Shown here piece by piece: positions 13,601 to 27,790 of a DNA stretch of 64,000 nt (position 1 is the stretch's first letter; each line of letters opens with the position of its first letter). The DNA is taken from contig OX597831.1 in NCBI GenBank assembly GCA_951406725.2, positions 2,418,001 to 2,482,000 on the forward strand. The letters are read 5' to 3'. This DNA is from Octopus vulgaris (lineage: Eukaryota). The notes under the pieces were generated by a model. The model saw nothing but the letters and a program-made list of their open reading frames with translations, made no database searches and was not told where the DNA came from. Made by a program: the position numbers and the translations under genes.

Positions 13601-15957
13601 CTTAGTACCAGCTGCAGATCTGAACTTATTACCTACATGTAAGTGGGTGCCTCAGCACCTAATCCATTTGACCATGTCTATTTCAAAGCTGGTAAGATAT
13701 CATATCAAGTAGTGTCCAATCTGTAGAAACTTTGACATACTCTTTTCTCTCTTTCTTTTACTCTTTTACTTGTTTCAGTCATTTAACTGCGCCCATGCTG
13801 GAGCACTGCCTTTAGTCGAGCAAATTGACCCCAGGACTTGTTCTTTGGAAGCCTAGTACTTGTTCTATCGGTCTCTTTTGCCGAACCGCTAAGTTACAGG
13901 GATGTAAACACACCACTATCAGTTGTCAAGCGATGTTGGGGGACAAACAAACACACACGTACATATATACGACGAGCTTTCAGTTTCTGTCTACCAAATC
14001 CACTCACAAGGCTTTGGTCGGCCCGAGGCTATAGTAGAAGACACTTGCCCAAGGTGCCACACAGTGGGAATGAACCCAGAACCATGTGGTTGGTAAGCAA
14101 GCTGCTTACCACACTGCCACTCTTCATCTTTTTCACATTAATTTGAAGTTAAATACCAATACTATGACCAAATGAGGTTCACAGTTATGTTCTATTAATA
14201 TATTCATCTGTTTATAGTATCAGTTTCAAATTTTTGAGGAGGGACTAAGTCAATTACAGCAACCCCAGTGCTCAACTGGCACTTATTCTATCAACTCCAA
14301 AAGGATGAATGGCAAAGTAGACCCTGGTGGAATTTGAACTCAGAATGTAAAGACAGATAAAATGCTGCTAAGCATTTTTTCCAACATGCAAATGATTCTA
14401 CTAGCTCACCACCTGAACTGGTTTGGAATTGGTGATTTCTAATTTCGATATGGTCATGAGTGTTGGGTAATGACCAAAAGTGTATGATGAATACAAGTGG
14501 CCAAATTGGGGTTTCTCTGAAGGATCTCAGAAGTAATGTTACTCGACAGGGTTCAGAGTCTCTTTTTGTTGAGCTTCTCTTCTCTGTATTGAGAGTACCA
14601 TATACTCTCTGGTACATCTGCTCATAGTACCATAGAGCATATGGTATTATGCTCTATAGTACCTGAGCATAGTACCATAGCTCTGGTACTATGGACATGT
14701 GATTAGAATATTACTGGAAAGAACCACAAGACAGTTTCTTCAATTCAAGCCTACTGGCAAGGGACCTAGGGATAGACTAAGAATGTTGGTATCAGTATAA
14801 GACACAGTCAAGTATCCTTCTTGATGCAGGACACTTATGTAACCAATTTTGAAATTTTTCATTCATTCATAGGCAGTTTGTGGTGGCTAAACAGGAATGA
14901 TATGGTTGGATAATATTCATAGTCTCCATTTGGTCATGCTTAGAAATCCAGCAAGAGATTGTAATAACAATTACTTCTGATAGAAACCCTGCAGAGGAGG
15001 TGCCTGAGAACTCTGCTTCCAAGACCCTTTCAGAAATAGTGAGCAGAGAAGATAGATGGATAAATAATTTTGATATCGCAATCCACAAATTATGGTAGGT
15101 TTTTGACATAACTTGACCTTCATGATTATCAAGTATTTTGTGTTTTGTGATCCATTTTCTGTGGGCTGAAGGGATGTCAAGTCCTGAAATCTATTGAATA
15201 CTTTCAGTACTGTTTGGGTAAATTGTTTTGCTGCGACGAACTGTCTACAAATGAATGAAGAATTTCAAAAATGGTTACATAAATATCCTACGTCAACAAG
15301 AATACCTGACCGTATCTTATACCGATGCCAATATTGATCAAATCTGTTGAACAAATGGGGGTGACTTAATGAAATAACAAATTAATCATCCGTAACAGTT
15401 TTGACTATGGTCAATGAAATAATGAAAACTTAATTTCCATTCTAACCTGACTAGAGTGACTACAGGGAGACTATGTCTAATTATTTTCACACAACTAATT
15501 TTCTCATAGGTAAGGTAAAAATTAGAAGTACATTATGGATAATTAAAGACATGCACTGTGCTTCTTTCATAGAAACAATATCCACTTAATTGATGTTTCA
15601 AGTTCAAACCTGCTTCATAGTGACTTGGGCAGATTGTATCAAGTGATGTACACACAACTATATTACCCACCAATAGGAAAAAAATTATAAATATGTGTCT
15701 GTACATATACACATACTTGTCCATATACACATCCATGTACACTTGTGCATAGACATACACATCTCTTTTACTCTTTTACTTGTTTCAGTCATTTGACTGC
15801 GGCCATGCTGGAGCACCGCCTTTAGTCGAGCAAGTCGACCCCGGGACTTATTCTTTGTAAGCCCAGTACTTATTCTATCAGTCTCTTTTGCCAAACCGCT
15901 AAGTGACGGAGACGTAAACACACCAGCATCGGTTGTCAAGCAATGCTAGGGGGACAA

Positions 15958-16000
<43 letters not shown>

Positions 16001-16365
16001 TACGACAGGCTTCTTTCAGTTTCCGTCTACCAAATCCACTCACAAGGCATTGGTCGGCCCGGGGCTATAGCAGAAGACACTTGCCCAAGATGCCACACAG
16101 TAGAACTGAACCCGGAACCATGTGGTTGGTTAGCAAGCTACTTACCACACAGCCACTCCTGCGCTTTTATCTTTATCTTTTACCGTGTCAGTCATTAGAC
16201 TGCGGCCATACTGGAGCACTGCCTAAAATAATTTTTAGTCAAATGAATCAACTCCAGTACTTATTTTTCTTTTATTAAGCCTGCTACTTATTCTATCAGT
16301 CTCTAAGTTACAAGGATGTAAACACACCAACACCGGTTGTCAAGGGATGGTGAGGGACACACACT

Positions 16366-16412
<47 letters not shown>

Positions 16413-16419
<7 letters not shown>

Positions 16420-17200
16420 GTAGTGAATAAATTGTCATTTAAATTAAGCAAAAATGTAAATAACATCAACACCTCATTTTAACAGATATATTTACCAAAC
16501 TTACATAAAAATACCTTGAAATACTAATGAGTAAATTTATTCAATAAAATCACCTTTGGCTTTAACCACAGTCTCCAGACGACTTTGCAATACTCTTCTG
16601 GATGGTCTCCTTGTTTAAGTTGGTGAATGCTGCCATAATCTTTGCCTTCAGTTCATCTTTGGTGTTACAAGGAGTTTTGTTGGTCTCTCGCTCAACTGTG
16701 CCCCACCCATAATAATCAAAGGGGTTGCAGTTCAGTGGGTTAGGTAACTTGATGTTAGGGGTGATGTGGTTGCAGAAATTGTCTGACAGCCATGACTGAG
16801 TGTTCCTGCTTGTGTGGCATGGTGCAGAATCTTGTTGCCAAAGATAGGGTCTTCCAGTATCCACCCTCTTGTCCCAGGGCAGCATTAACTCCTCCAGGCA
16901 CTTGATGTAGGGCCTTCATGTTGAGTCTGAAACCGTGTTGGAAGATGACCGTAGGCATAATGTTGCCATCACTAGTGATCACTCCAAACACCTCTGTAAT
17001 CACCATTAGACTCATCCAGCTCTTTCTGAATTCTCTGCACTGTCCTCAGATTGACACCCAAACACTCTGAAATGTTCATATTGGAGCTTCTGTCATGACT
17101 GCCAAGCAGTACAGAAGGCTGTTTCCAAATTTCTGAGAGAGTGAATTGCATCATGGTGCTGTTTTTCCCACAGATGGTGCCCAACTGACCCTACTATACT
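16413..17200 (-). mobile_element. Decayed Tc1/mariner-superfamily (DD37D/maT-like) transposon
   Basis: VFGVITSDG, WQQDSAPCHTSRNTQSWL and PNPLNCNPFDYYGWG (degenerate PNSPDLNPLD) motifs, plus an N-terminal HTH-like ISECLGVNLRTVQRI. Confidence 0.85.
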
Positions 17201-17714
17201 GTGTATTCATGAAGAAGCCTGGTAGTTTCTGAGATGGTGTCTGTGAAGGGAACTGTTTCATCAGCAATAATCTGCATCTGTTATTATTGTGACTTGGTGA
17301 CAAGAAGTAGATTTTGTTGGAACGATGCTGGGTTCTTTAACTCTTTAGCATTTAAACTGGCCATATCCAACCAAAATATTCAGCCTTTTTCATTTTCAAA
17401 CCAACAAGATCCTACCTCTCATAATGTCATTCTAAAAATAAAAACAACTACTTCATCAAAATCTTGAAGCTACAAGATAATACATAATTAATTCAAACCT
17501 CTGTGAATAAATAAGCATCACATTTTAGAGAGTAATCTGAATAATAAAGGGTTAATTTTGTCAATAGGAATGCAAAGGATGTAGTCTAGGCATCTGATGA
17601 AATAGTGCAAGACACCTCTGTTGATGTTGAAGACACCTGTATTTCCATTCGTTGATCAAATTTTATCTATTATTCTATCTGCTTCTCTTTATATGTGTGT
17701 GTATATACACTTTC

Positions 17715-17720
<6 letters not shown>

Positions 17721-17788
<68 letters not shown>

Positions 17789-17800
17789 CTCTCTCTCTCT
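17721..17800. repeat. (CT)n microsatellite
   Basis: Long CT dinucleotide run. Confidence 0.95.
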
Positions 17801-18152
17801 CAGTCTGACACATACACACGCATACATATATATTCATACGTCCATACATACACCTGCTCATAATTTCCACAACATCCTGCTCTCTGCATAATATCGACTC
17901 ACTATACAAATTCACTTTTTGTTATCTCTGCTTTGGAAGCCAGCTAAGGAAGCTAACAGAAAAGAAGAGGCAGTCTGCTTTGGTTGTTCACAGTCTGGTA
18001 ACCTTTGCTGTTTGTACTCTTAACTTGGTTTCTATGCTGGCACTACTGGAATTGTCACCATCCAAGTATTGCTTAATGTTGCTGTCTTTTTTGTACAGTA
18101 TTCTCCTTGGTTCTTCTAGTCTCGAATCCAATTAGCTGACAGTTTATACATC

Positions 18153-18741
18153 GGGGGGGGGGGGGGACCCCCTTCGGTCACGACACTGACCATGGGATTG
18201 CAACTAGAAAGTTACCCTCCTTGTCACAAGTCTGGGCAAGGTGGTTTATGGAAGACCAGCAGTCACCCATGCATACTTATTTCTTTATTACCCACAAGGG
18301 GCTAAACACAGAGGGGACAAACATGGACAGACATAGGTATTAAGTCAATTACATCGACCCCAGTGTGTAACTGGTACTTAATTTATCGACCCCAAAAGGA
18401 TGAAAGGCAAAGTCGACCTCGGCGGAATTTGAACTCACAACGTAACGCAGACGAAATACCGCTAAGCATTTCGCCCGGCGTGCTAACGTTTCTGCCAGCT
18501 CGCCGCCCATGCATACCGGCCTCCCCTCTCCACGCCACCAGTGTTATCCAAGGGAAAGGCAAAGGGGCGGATACAGCTTGGCACCTGTGACGTCGCAACT
18601 CATTTCTACAGCTGAGCGAACTGGAGCATCGTGAAATAAAGTGTCTTGCTCAAGAACACAACATGCAGCCCGGTCCGAGATTCGAGCTCACAACCTCACG
18701 ATCGTAAGCTCGACGCTCTAACCACTGAGCCATGCGCCTTC
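18153..18741 (-). mobile_element. tRNA-derived SINE containing a nested second SINE (18277-18505)
   Basis: Outer TSD GACAG(T/C)TTATACA (18138-18150, 18742-18754). Inner TSD CCCATGCATAC (18266-18276, 18506-18516). Confidence 0.88.
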
Positions 18742-19251
18742 GACAGCTTATACAAGGTATTAATAAATTAAGAAAAAAATAGTCCAGGTTGCACAAAACC
18801 TCTCATAATAAAAAAATAATGCTGTATTGTAGTGCTTTTGTTTTTAACTCTTCTCAGAGGTCCACCGCTGCTGGATACAATAATATCCATGGTAACAAAG
18901 GCATATGGTGGGCTGGTGCATGAAATGTTTGATGACTAACAACAGATCTCAAGGAATATAATCTCCTTGAACATGATATGTTGGAGATCCCGTGTGTTTA
19001 TGTAGTGTTAGTTGATTGTAGTAATGTAGGTGGTGTGTATGTGAATGAATAGAGTAGTTCATAGCTTATGGGTACAAACCCCACAATACAAGCATTTTGT
19101 TGTGTTGCTGTTGTGGTAGGACATGTAATCCTGAATACTTCAACTTAATTAATAAGTTATATTGTCTTATGAGAAGACTGTTTGGGTTACACTGGTATTG
19201 TATCATCACAGTGACTGGCTGAGTATTCCTGTTACATTTGTTGAATGTCTG

Positions 19252-19286
<35 letters not shown>

Positions 19287-19359
19287 AAACCTCTCTTTCT
19301 CTCACTCTCACTCTCTCTCTGTATACATACATATATACATGCATATACATACATGCTGG

Positions 19360-19895
19360 CTGCCCCCTCGTTATCAAGTATGGCCATCACACGAAGCTTA
19401 ATCAATGTTGTTATCGTGCAATGCCTGTGTAAGAAGATTTCTTTTAAAGTGAGGAAAGGCTGTGCACTGAGTCAATCCCACTCACTAAGCAACAGCAGCC
19501 ATAATCCGAAAAGAAGAACAAGTCAACATCATCGGTAACCACTGAGCCGTAGGTTTTATGTCGGAGTTATCCCAGTTACCTGTGTTACCTTCTCCTAGAA
19601 GAATGCCCTAGGAGTCGTTCACTCTCAATGGTTTAACCGCGCAATCGGGTATTCAGTCTGATTATTTCTATGTCCCCGCGCATGATACAGCCTTAAGACA
19701 TTTATTGGATGGCCGTTGACTCTCAAGAGTTCCTCCGCCCTTTGACGGGTTTTGTTTTTCATCTCACAGACTGTCCAATAAACACCCTCCTCACCAAGCA
19801 AGCTTGGTGGGGTTGCCGGTTTAGTCGCCGACAACCCGACCATGCAACAGGTTGTACTGGGTTCGTGTTACCAGTAGCACTCGAAAGTGACCTGA
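19360..19895 (-). mobile_element. Probable RTE-type LINE 5'-UTR fragment
   Basis: GC-richer, hairpin-rich block containing TAGGGCATTCTTCTAGGAGAAGGTAAC, which resembles the RTE 5'-UTR motif GGGCAACCAGTCTAGGAGAAGGAAAAC as I recall it. Confidence 0.55.
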
Positions 19896-20264
19896 CATAC
19901 ATACATACGATTTCACTTGGCTTAATGAGGCTTCTCAAGCACATCATATTGCCAAAGGTCTTGGTCACCTGTCATTGCCTCCATGAGGCCTAGCATTTCA
20001 TCACTTGATCCAATGTCTTCCTGGATCTACCTCTTTCACAGGTTCCCTCCAAAGTTAGAGATCAGCACTTTTTTGCACAACTGTCCTTGGCCATACACAT
20101 CACATGACCATACCAGCACAGTTGTCTTTCTTGCACACCACATCCGATGCCTGTTTTCTTATATATATCCAAGCCTAATCATGTTTATCTGCATCACTAT
20201 CTTATGTGTGTGTGTGTGTGTTCCAATCCCTTATCTAGTGGTCAGTGTGGAAGCTAGGGATAGA

Positions 20265-21425
20265 TGAGTGGTTTGTGAGAGCTGTACAAGCTTTGTACAG
20301 GGACGCTACCAGTAAGGTGAGGGTTGGCAATGAGTACAGCGAAGAATTCAAAGTTCAAGAAGGAGTTCACCAGGGATCAGTCCTCAGCCCCTCTTGTTCA
20401 TCATAGTTCTCCAGGCAATAACAGAGGAATTTAAGACAGGCTGCCCCTGGAAGCTCCTCTATGCTGATAACCTTGCTCTTATAGCAGAATCACTACCAGA
20501 GCTAGAGAAGAGGATCCAGGAATGGAAGCAAGGTCTAGAATCGAAGGGTCTTAAAGTTAACCTAGCTAAAACCAAAGTTTTAGTAAGTAGGAAAGCAGAC
20601 AAATCCCAAATCCCTTCAGGTAGATGTCCCTGCTCGATCTGTAGAAAAGGCATAGGTAGAAACTCCATGAAATGCTTTGGACACATAAAAGGTGCGGCAA
20701 TATCAGAGGAAGGCTAACAAGGAAAATAACTTTTGTATGTGGAAGATGCACGGGTACAATATATGCTGAAAATGTACAGAAAATAAACTCCATCAACTGT
20801 CAGGGGGAAGCTAGAGGTAGTAGATAGCTTCCATTATCTAGATGACCAAGTTAGTAGTGGAGGTGGAGGCTCTGAGAGTGTAGCTGTGAGAATAAGATTA
20901 GGCTGGGTAAAGTTCAGAGAGCTCCTACCTTTGCTGGCAACAAAGGACCTATCTCTCAGAGTGAAAGGCAGATTGTATGATGCATGTGTGAATAGCTATG
21001 CCAAATGGTAGTGAAACATGTGATGTCAGTATGCATGTTCGACAGAGTGTAAGCATCTTGAGAGAAAAATTTGGCATAAGAGGTATCAGATATGGTGTGC
21101 AGGAGAGATGACTGCACTGATATGGTCATGTGATGCATATGGATGAGAACAGTTACTGATCTCAAATGTGGAGAAAGCCTGTGGGAGAGGAAAACATGGG
21201 ACAGACATGAAGGAAAACATGATGCATATGGATGAGGAGAGCTGTGTAAAGAAGTGCCAGTCTCTAAGTGTGGAGTGTATCTGTGGTAGAGGTAGACCCA
21301 AGAAGACATGATACAAGGTGGTAAAGCTTGATCCTTGAACTTTGAGCCTCACAGAGGCAATGACTAGCAACCGAGACCTTTGGCAATATGCTGTGCCTGA
21401 GAAGACCTGTCAAATCAAGTGAAGT
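20265..21425 (+). mobile_element. 5'-truncated RTE-type LINE (RT C-terminal half and 3' end)
   Basis: VRVGNEYSEEFKVQEGVHQGSVLSPLLFIIVL...LLYADNLALIAES...GLKVNLAKTK, followed by decayed downstream domains. Confidence 0.9.
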
Positions 21426-22145
21426 CATAGTTGTGACTGATATTGGTGTCATGTAACTAGCACCCATGCTGGTGGTGCATAAAAAGCACCTTTTAAGTAT
21501 TGAGCATCATGAAGGCAAAGTGGCTGAGTTCTTTTCAAGTGCAGGGCCTCACAGAGGCAAGTTTCTTTTGAGCATTAGGCCTCATGGAGGAGAGTTCCTT
21601 TCAAGCATTGAGCCTCATGGAAGCAAAGTGGCTGAGTTCCTTTTGAGTGTTTGGCATTATGTCATGCTTGAGAAGACCCATCAAGCCAAGCAAAATCGCA
21701 CTTGTGGCAGATACTGGTGTCACGCAAATGGCACCTATGCTGGTGGCACATAAAAGTACCCATTACGCTCTTGGAGTGGTTGGCGTTTGGGAGGGCATCC
21801 CGCCATAGAAAACCATACCAAATCAGAGTGGAGTCTGGTGCAGCCTTCCAGCTTGCCAGCCCTAGTCAAACCGTCCAACCCATGCTAGCAAGGACAGCAG
21901 ATGTTAAATGATGATGATGATGATGTAAGTATGTATATGGTACCATGTGAAAAGCACAAGTTCTGGTGCCACATAATAAACACCCTGTACATCTTGTAAA
22001 GTGGTTTGCATTAGAAAAGGCATCCAGCCATAGAAACCATACCAAATCAGACAATGGACCCTGATGTAGTTCTCTGACTTGCCATCTTCTATCAGACTGT
22101 CCATTCCATGCCAACATGGAAAACAGATGTTAAATGGTGTCTGTC

Positions 22146-22324
<179 letters not shown>

Positions 22325-22511
22325 ACTTTTGTTCATTGTAACAAACAAATTCACCATGAATAAAGAATTCACTACCAAGTTAGGATTCAGTAAAGAATAT
22401 ACAGAAGAATATATCTTTATTCAATATGTTCAATAATGACCAATTGAAATTTTTCTTTCAATTGATCGCAGTTGTTGGTATGTATACTTGTATGTCTATG
22501 TGTCTGTTTAA

Positions 22512-22733
22512 CCCTTTAGCATTTAAACCGGCCATATCCAGCCAAAAGTATTCTGCTTGTTTTATGTTCAAACTGGTCAGATCTGGTCTCTCACACCAAC
22601 CCTACAATATTGTTTTAAAAATTAACAGCTACCTCATCAAAATCTCATAGTTACAAGATTAATGCATGATTAATTAAAAACAATGTAGATGAAGAAGCAT
22701 TAATTTTGGCAGAATAATGTGAACACTAAAGGG
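22512..22733. mobile_element. piggyBac-type MITE family B (also 17341-17551, about 53555-54040, 61837-62468)
   Basis: TTAA|CCCTTTAGCATTTAAA...CTAAAGGG|TTAA. Confidence 0.8.
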
Positions 22734-24423
22734 TTAAATGTAGATGATTTTTTTGTTGGTTTGGGACAAAGACACTCGCCCAAGATACCATTTAGTGGGA
22801 CTGAACCCAAAACCACATGGTTCGCAAGTAAACTCTTCAACCATACAGCCACGCCAACAGGCTCTCGATTTGAAGTAGTAGTAACTCTTTTGAAACCTCT
22901 ATTGAACACAGATATCGACGAGATGATGTTGATGAGCATGAAAATGGGGTGGGCGAGAGAAGAAATGTTCTTTATCATAGAGGATGAACATTTTCTCCCT
23001 CTGACAGGATAAAGTAAAGTTGTTAGCTATTGTCACCTCACTTCCCATTGTCTTCTATGGAGAAAGGAACAGATTGATTGAATATTGATAATTGTACATT
23101 TATAGAAAGCAACGCTACTTAATTGATGGCACAATATTGATGGTTTTGGAGAGTATTGATTGTTGCTTGAGCTAGAACATAGAGGAGAGAGAGAGAAGGG
23201 CATTGTATGGATGTTGTTAGTATGGATTACCTAAATTGGTAAAGCAATGGAACTAGATGCCTAGCAGTATAATTTCATATTATTTAAGTTCTGAATTCAA
23301 GTCCTGCTGAGGTCTAGTTCATCATCATCATCATCGTTTAACATCCGTTCTCCATGCTAGCATGGGTTGGACGGTTCGACCGGGGATCTGGGAAGCCAGA
23401 AGGCTGCCCCCAGGCTCCGGTCTTATCTGGCAATGTTTCTACAGCTGGATGCCCTTCCTAACGCCAACCACTCCGTGAGTGTAATGGGTGCTTTTTACGT
23501 GCCACCTGCACTGGAGCCAGGCAAGGCTGGCATCGGCCACAGTCGGATTGGTGCATTTTACGTGCCACCTGCACGGAAGCCAGTCGAGGCGGCACTGGCT
23601 TCGGCCACGATTCGGATGGTGCTTTTTACGTGCCACCAACACGGAAGCCAGTCGAGGCGGCGCTGGCATCGGCCACGATTCGGATAGTGCTTTTTACGTA
23701 TCTCCAGTCCAGGGGTCCTGGCATCTGCCAGGTGCCAGTCATAGGATTGGTTCAATTTCGATTTCATCTTTCATATTTAAAATATGGATGGTTTGTAAGA
23801 GGGAGTAGACCTAGCTTAAGACAAAAATAAATGCAAGTTACCCAAAATTCTATTTATGAATGTTGAAAATTAAGGTCATGTACTGGAGTCAATATAGAGG
23901 GTTTCCCTAAACTAACCATCTAATTGTAAAAATAATAGAAATTTATAAAAGAAATTTGAAGACATGAATAAATATATATTTCTCTTTCTGTGTGTGTGTA
24001 TATGTATGCATATATGTATATTTATGTATGTGTGTGTGTGTCTGTGTGTATATATGTGTATTTGTGTATGTCTGTTTGTATATGTGTGTGTGTGCATATA
24101 TATATTCAATAATGAATTAAAAGCAAGGCTAGTGTTGCAAACATTATTGACCACACATGCTCAATGTATGTGCTTTGTTTGTTTGTGACTTTGCTTGGGG
24201 AATGATTCCTTCATAAGTATTGCACTTGGGGAATGATACAGCGCTTGGTGAATGATTCCCTCAAAATACTGGGTATTAAAGCACCCACAAGTCGTAGACA
24301 AGTGAGGTAACTCACCCCCAGTCCAATTTAGGGACTGTTATTTCACCATTTTTGTGGCTTATCAACATCATGTACCTGAATCGAACTGGGGTGAACCGAA
24401 TTGCCAGTCTATGACTATATATA

Positions 24424-24733
24424 TATCACCGTGATCACCATGACCGACCAGGCTATCAGATGTTGCTACACAATGGTCACAATGCATTTCGCATTGTTTT
24501 AGCCTTCAAATGATGCCACCCTGCTGGCTAAGCGAGCAGGCCAACAGAAGAAAGAGTGAGAGAAAGTTGTGGTGAAAAAGTACAGCAGGGTTCGCTACCA
24601 CCCCTCCTGCCGGAGCCTCGTGGAGCTTTAGGTGTTTTCGCTCAAACACTCACAACGCCTGATCTGGGAATCGAAACCGCAATCCTACAACCGTGAGTCT
24701 GCTGCCCTAACCACTGGGCCATTTCACCTCCAC
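24424..24733 (-). mobile_element. tRNA-derived SINE with 15-bp TSD
   Basis: Same family as 10311-10621. TSD CTATGACTATATATA at 24409-24423 and 24734-24748. Confidence 0.9.
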
Positions 24734-25569
24734 CTATGACTATATATAAATAGTGTAAAATCTATTTGCTGGCATGCCACAACAATACATACGCAAGGTT
24801 AAATTTGCTGCTGTTTTCACTATTACTGATTGGTCATGTAAAAAAAAAAAATTGAGTGAAGAAATCCACTCTTGAACTATTCAGACATGTACATTATATT
24901 AAATATGCGGTCCATAATACTTACACAGGGCAGATTCCAAAACAGGTAAATAAAATATAAATGAGTAACAGTAGAGGTACAAGTGTCAATCCATTACAAC
25001 CGTTTCTAACAACTCCTTTAATTGATTAATGAAAACACAGAATGAAACTGTTTTCGTCAGATGAATTCGTAAACTTTCAAATTAAAGGACATTCAAAATG
25101 ATTTAACATGGTTTAAAATCCATGGAGCAGAAACATTTTTCTGTGATTTTGCTACTATTTCAGTTGACAGAATGGATTTACCAGAATAGTGTATATTTGA
25201 TGAGAACATAGAATTTTAGAGGTTAGTAGAGTTTTTATGAGGTGGGAAAGGAATAATTGACTCTAGTGACCCAGTTATCTCTACTTCTAACAAGAGAGGA
25301 GGGTGCAGCTCCATTAGTTGTTTAATGCCTACTGGTCAGTAGCAAGAAGATGATTTATGGTCAGGTCAACCTACTGAATTAACAAGGTCATTTGTGATGG
25401 AACCAATACACAAGTTTTATCTCCACAAGGCAGAGGGCAGTAATAAGGAAGTGAGGGATAGGGAAGGGAGGGTAAAGAGATAAAAGAAAGAAAGAAAGCA
25501 AGCTGAACCAACCTTTACAGCTTTAGATGTGGTTTGTGCTGGTTCATTATTCTTGGACCATGATCATTT

Positions 25570-26250
25570 TTGATTGATGTTATTGTAGACAATCCATTTT
25601 TCATCACCACTGATGATTCATTTAAAAAAAATAAAAAGGGCTGATTTCATTGCATTTGAGATGCATATTGCAAATATTGATTGTTAAGTGAATCTCTTTC
25701 AATGTATGTAGAACCCAAATATCAAGCTTCTTAATGAGTCCAAGACATTCTAAGTGATTTTCAATTGTTGTGTGTGATACATTTAGCCTCTCTGCAATCT
25801 CTCGCACAATTATGTGACAATCAGATTCAATTATGGTTTTGATTTGGTCATCATCAACTAAAGTAGGTCGACCAGAATGTTGGTCATCTTTGAGTGAAAA
25901 ATCTCTAGAACAGAATTTTTAAAACCATTTCTCACATGTGCGTTCTGTGAAGCAATCAACACCACAAACTTCACATTTCTCTTTGTGAGCCTCGGCATCT
26001 TTCTTGCCTTTACAGAAATAAAAAAGCAAAATAAGGTGAAAATATTTGATTTTGCACTCCATGTTAAAATTGACACTGAACTAACAGCTGTAAACAAAAT
26101 TATGTGCAATTTGCTTCTAAAGTAAGCTAATAGTAATGGCTATTAAATGTCAAAACGATAAAAATCATAACATTGACAGAAGTCATTCAAGAAAAATTGT
26201 ACCTTTATCTATTTGCGAAAAACGAAATTACTTTCTTGCCAACCCAATAA
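25570..26250 (-). mobile_element. Mariner 5' fragment (decayed transposase N-terminus and TIR)
   Basis: TIR TATTGGGTTGGCAAGAAAGTAATT. Peptide REIAERLNVSHTTIENHLECLGLIKKLDIWVLHTL (HTH plus WVPHEL-like motif). Confidence 0.85.
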
Positions 26251-27790
26251 ATAATAATATTAGGGTAAAAATGAAGATATATAAAATTTATAAAAGAGAT
26301 ACTAATACAATAAAAGTAAAAAAAATGTTTGAACATATACACAAATTACGGGAGGGTAACGATAAGACATATTAGGTATTAAATATAAGGTAAATAATTA
26401 AAAATTATTTAAAATATATAAAAAAGGGTGTATTCAGATATAAAAATTTAAAAACTTAAAATTGTAAAAAAATATAAGATGTATAAAAATATAAAGTATA
26501 CAACAAGATCTATAAATATATAAACGGATAAAAATAAAAATAAAAGGTTTTTATATTACACGCAATAAATATAAAAAATAAAAGAATAAAGGACTTTTGA
26601 TGCTAGACATTATAATTAGGGGAGGATAAAGACCTGATGTTAATAATAACAGTAAATAAAAATATAGTAAAAAATAAACAAGTTTTTATACAAAAAATAT
26701 ATATCTACTAATAATAAAAAATATAATTTTATAGGGCATCCAGCCGTAGAAACATTGCCAGATCAGACTGGGCCTGGTGCAGCCTTCTGGCTTCCCAGGC
26801 CCCAGATGAACCATCCAACCCATGCTAGCATGGAAAACAGACGCTAACCGATGATGAGGATGATGATGATGATCACCATATATAAAAGATACCAATCTTG
26901 AAAAGGGGTAGATACGTATGATAATCTATTAGGTGGATATAGTACTGGATGAGTTAAGTTTAGATAATTAAATTATAGTCTCATAATTTAAGCTTATGAA
27001 TAGTTATTTCACATTATAGGTTATAAATGGTCAAATCTTGAGAGAGGACTATAAGTACGATATATTAAAGAGCACTTGATTAAATTGGCTATATAAATAT
27101 CATTAGGAGTAACGAGCAAGATGAATATTATATTAAAGTTATGGTAATTAAAGGGTGTAATATTCTTGGTGGGTTACAATGATTCAAAATGTAACAAAGT
27201 CAAGGGAAGGATAACTAGATCCATATCGGTCAGCCACAGACTAATATCTTCTAGCTAGTATTTAATAGAAAGTCAGGTTAGGATCTCACAAGTATAGTCA
27301 GTAAGCTTAGGGTATAAAATATTGTTAGGAAGAAGATGGTTATGAATAAAATAGATAAAAAATTAAAAACTAATAAAGGTGTACTATGCCCAGGGGGAGT
27401 TAGATTATTTGCTATGTAAATTTTTTGGTTTAATCCATAAAGTTCTAAACACCATAGACAATATAAAGGTATGAATTAACTAGATGGGGAAATAATTAGT
27501 CAGACAGAAAAGTTAGCATGCTGTAGAAGTGTGAAAGAATTAGGTGGAGAATAAATATCCAGACAGACAAGTTATATATACATAACTGGCAGCTGTGCCG
27601 GTGGCACGTAAAAAGCACCCACTACACTCATGGAGTGGTTGGCATTAGGAAGGGCATCCGGCCGTAGAAACATTGCCAGATCAGACTGGGCCTGGTGCAG
27701 CCTTCTGGCTTCCCAGACCCCAGTTGAACCGTCCAACCCATGCCAGCATGGAAAGCGGACGCTAAACGATGATGATGATATATATATATA

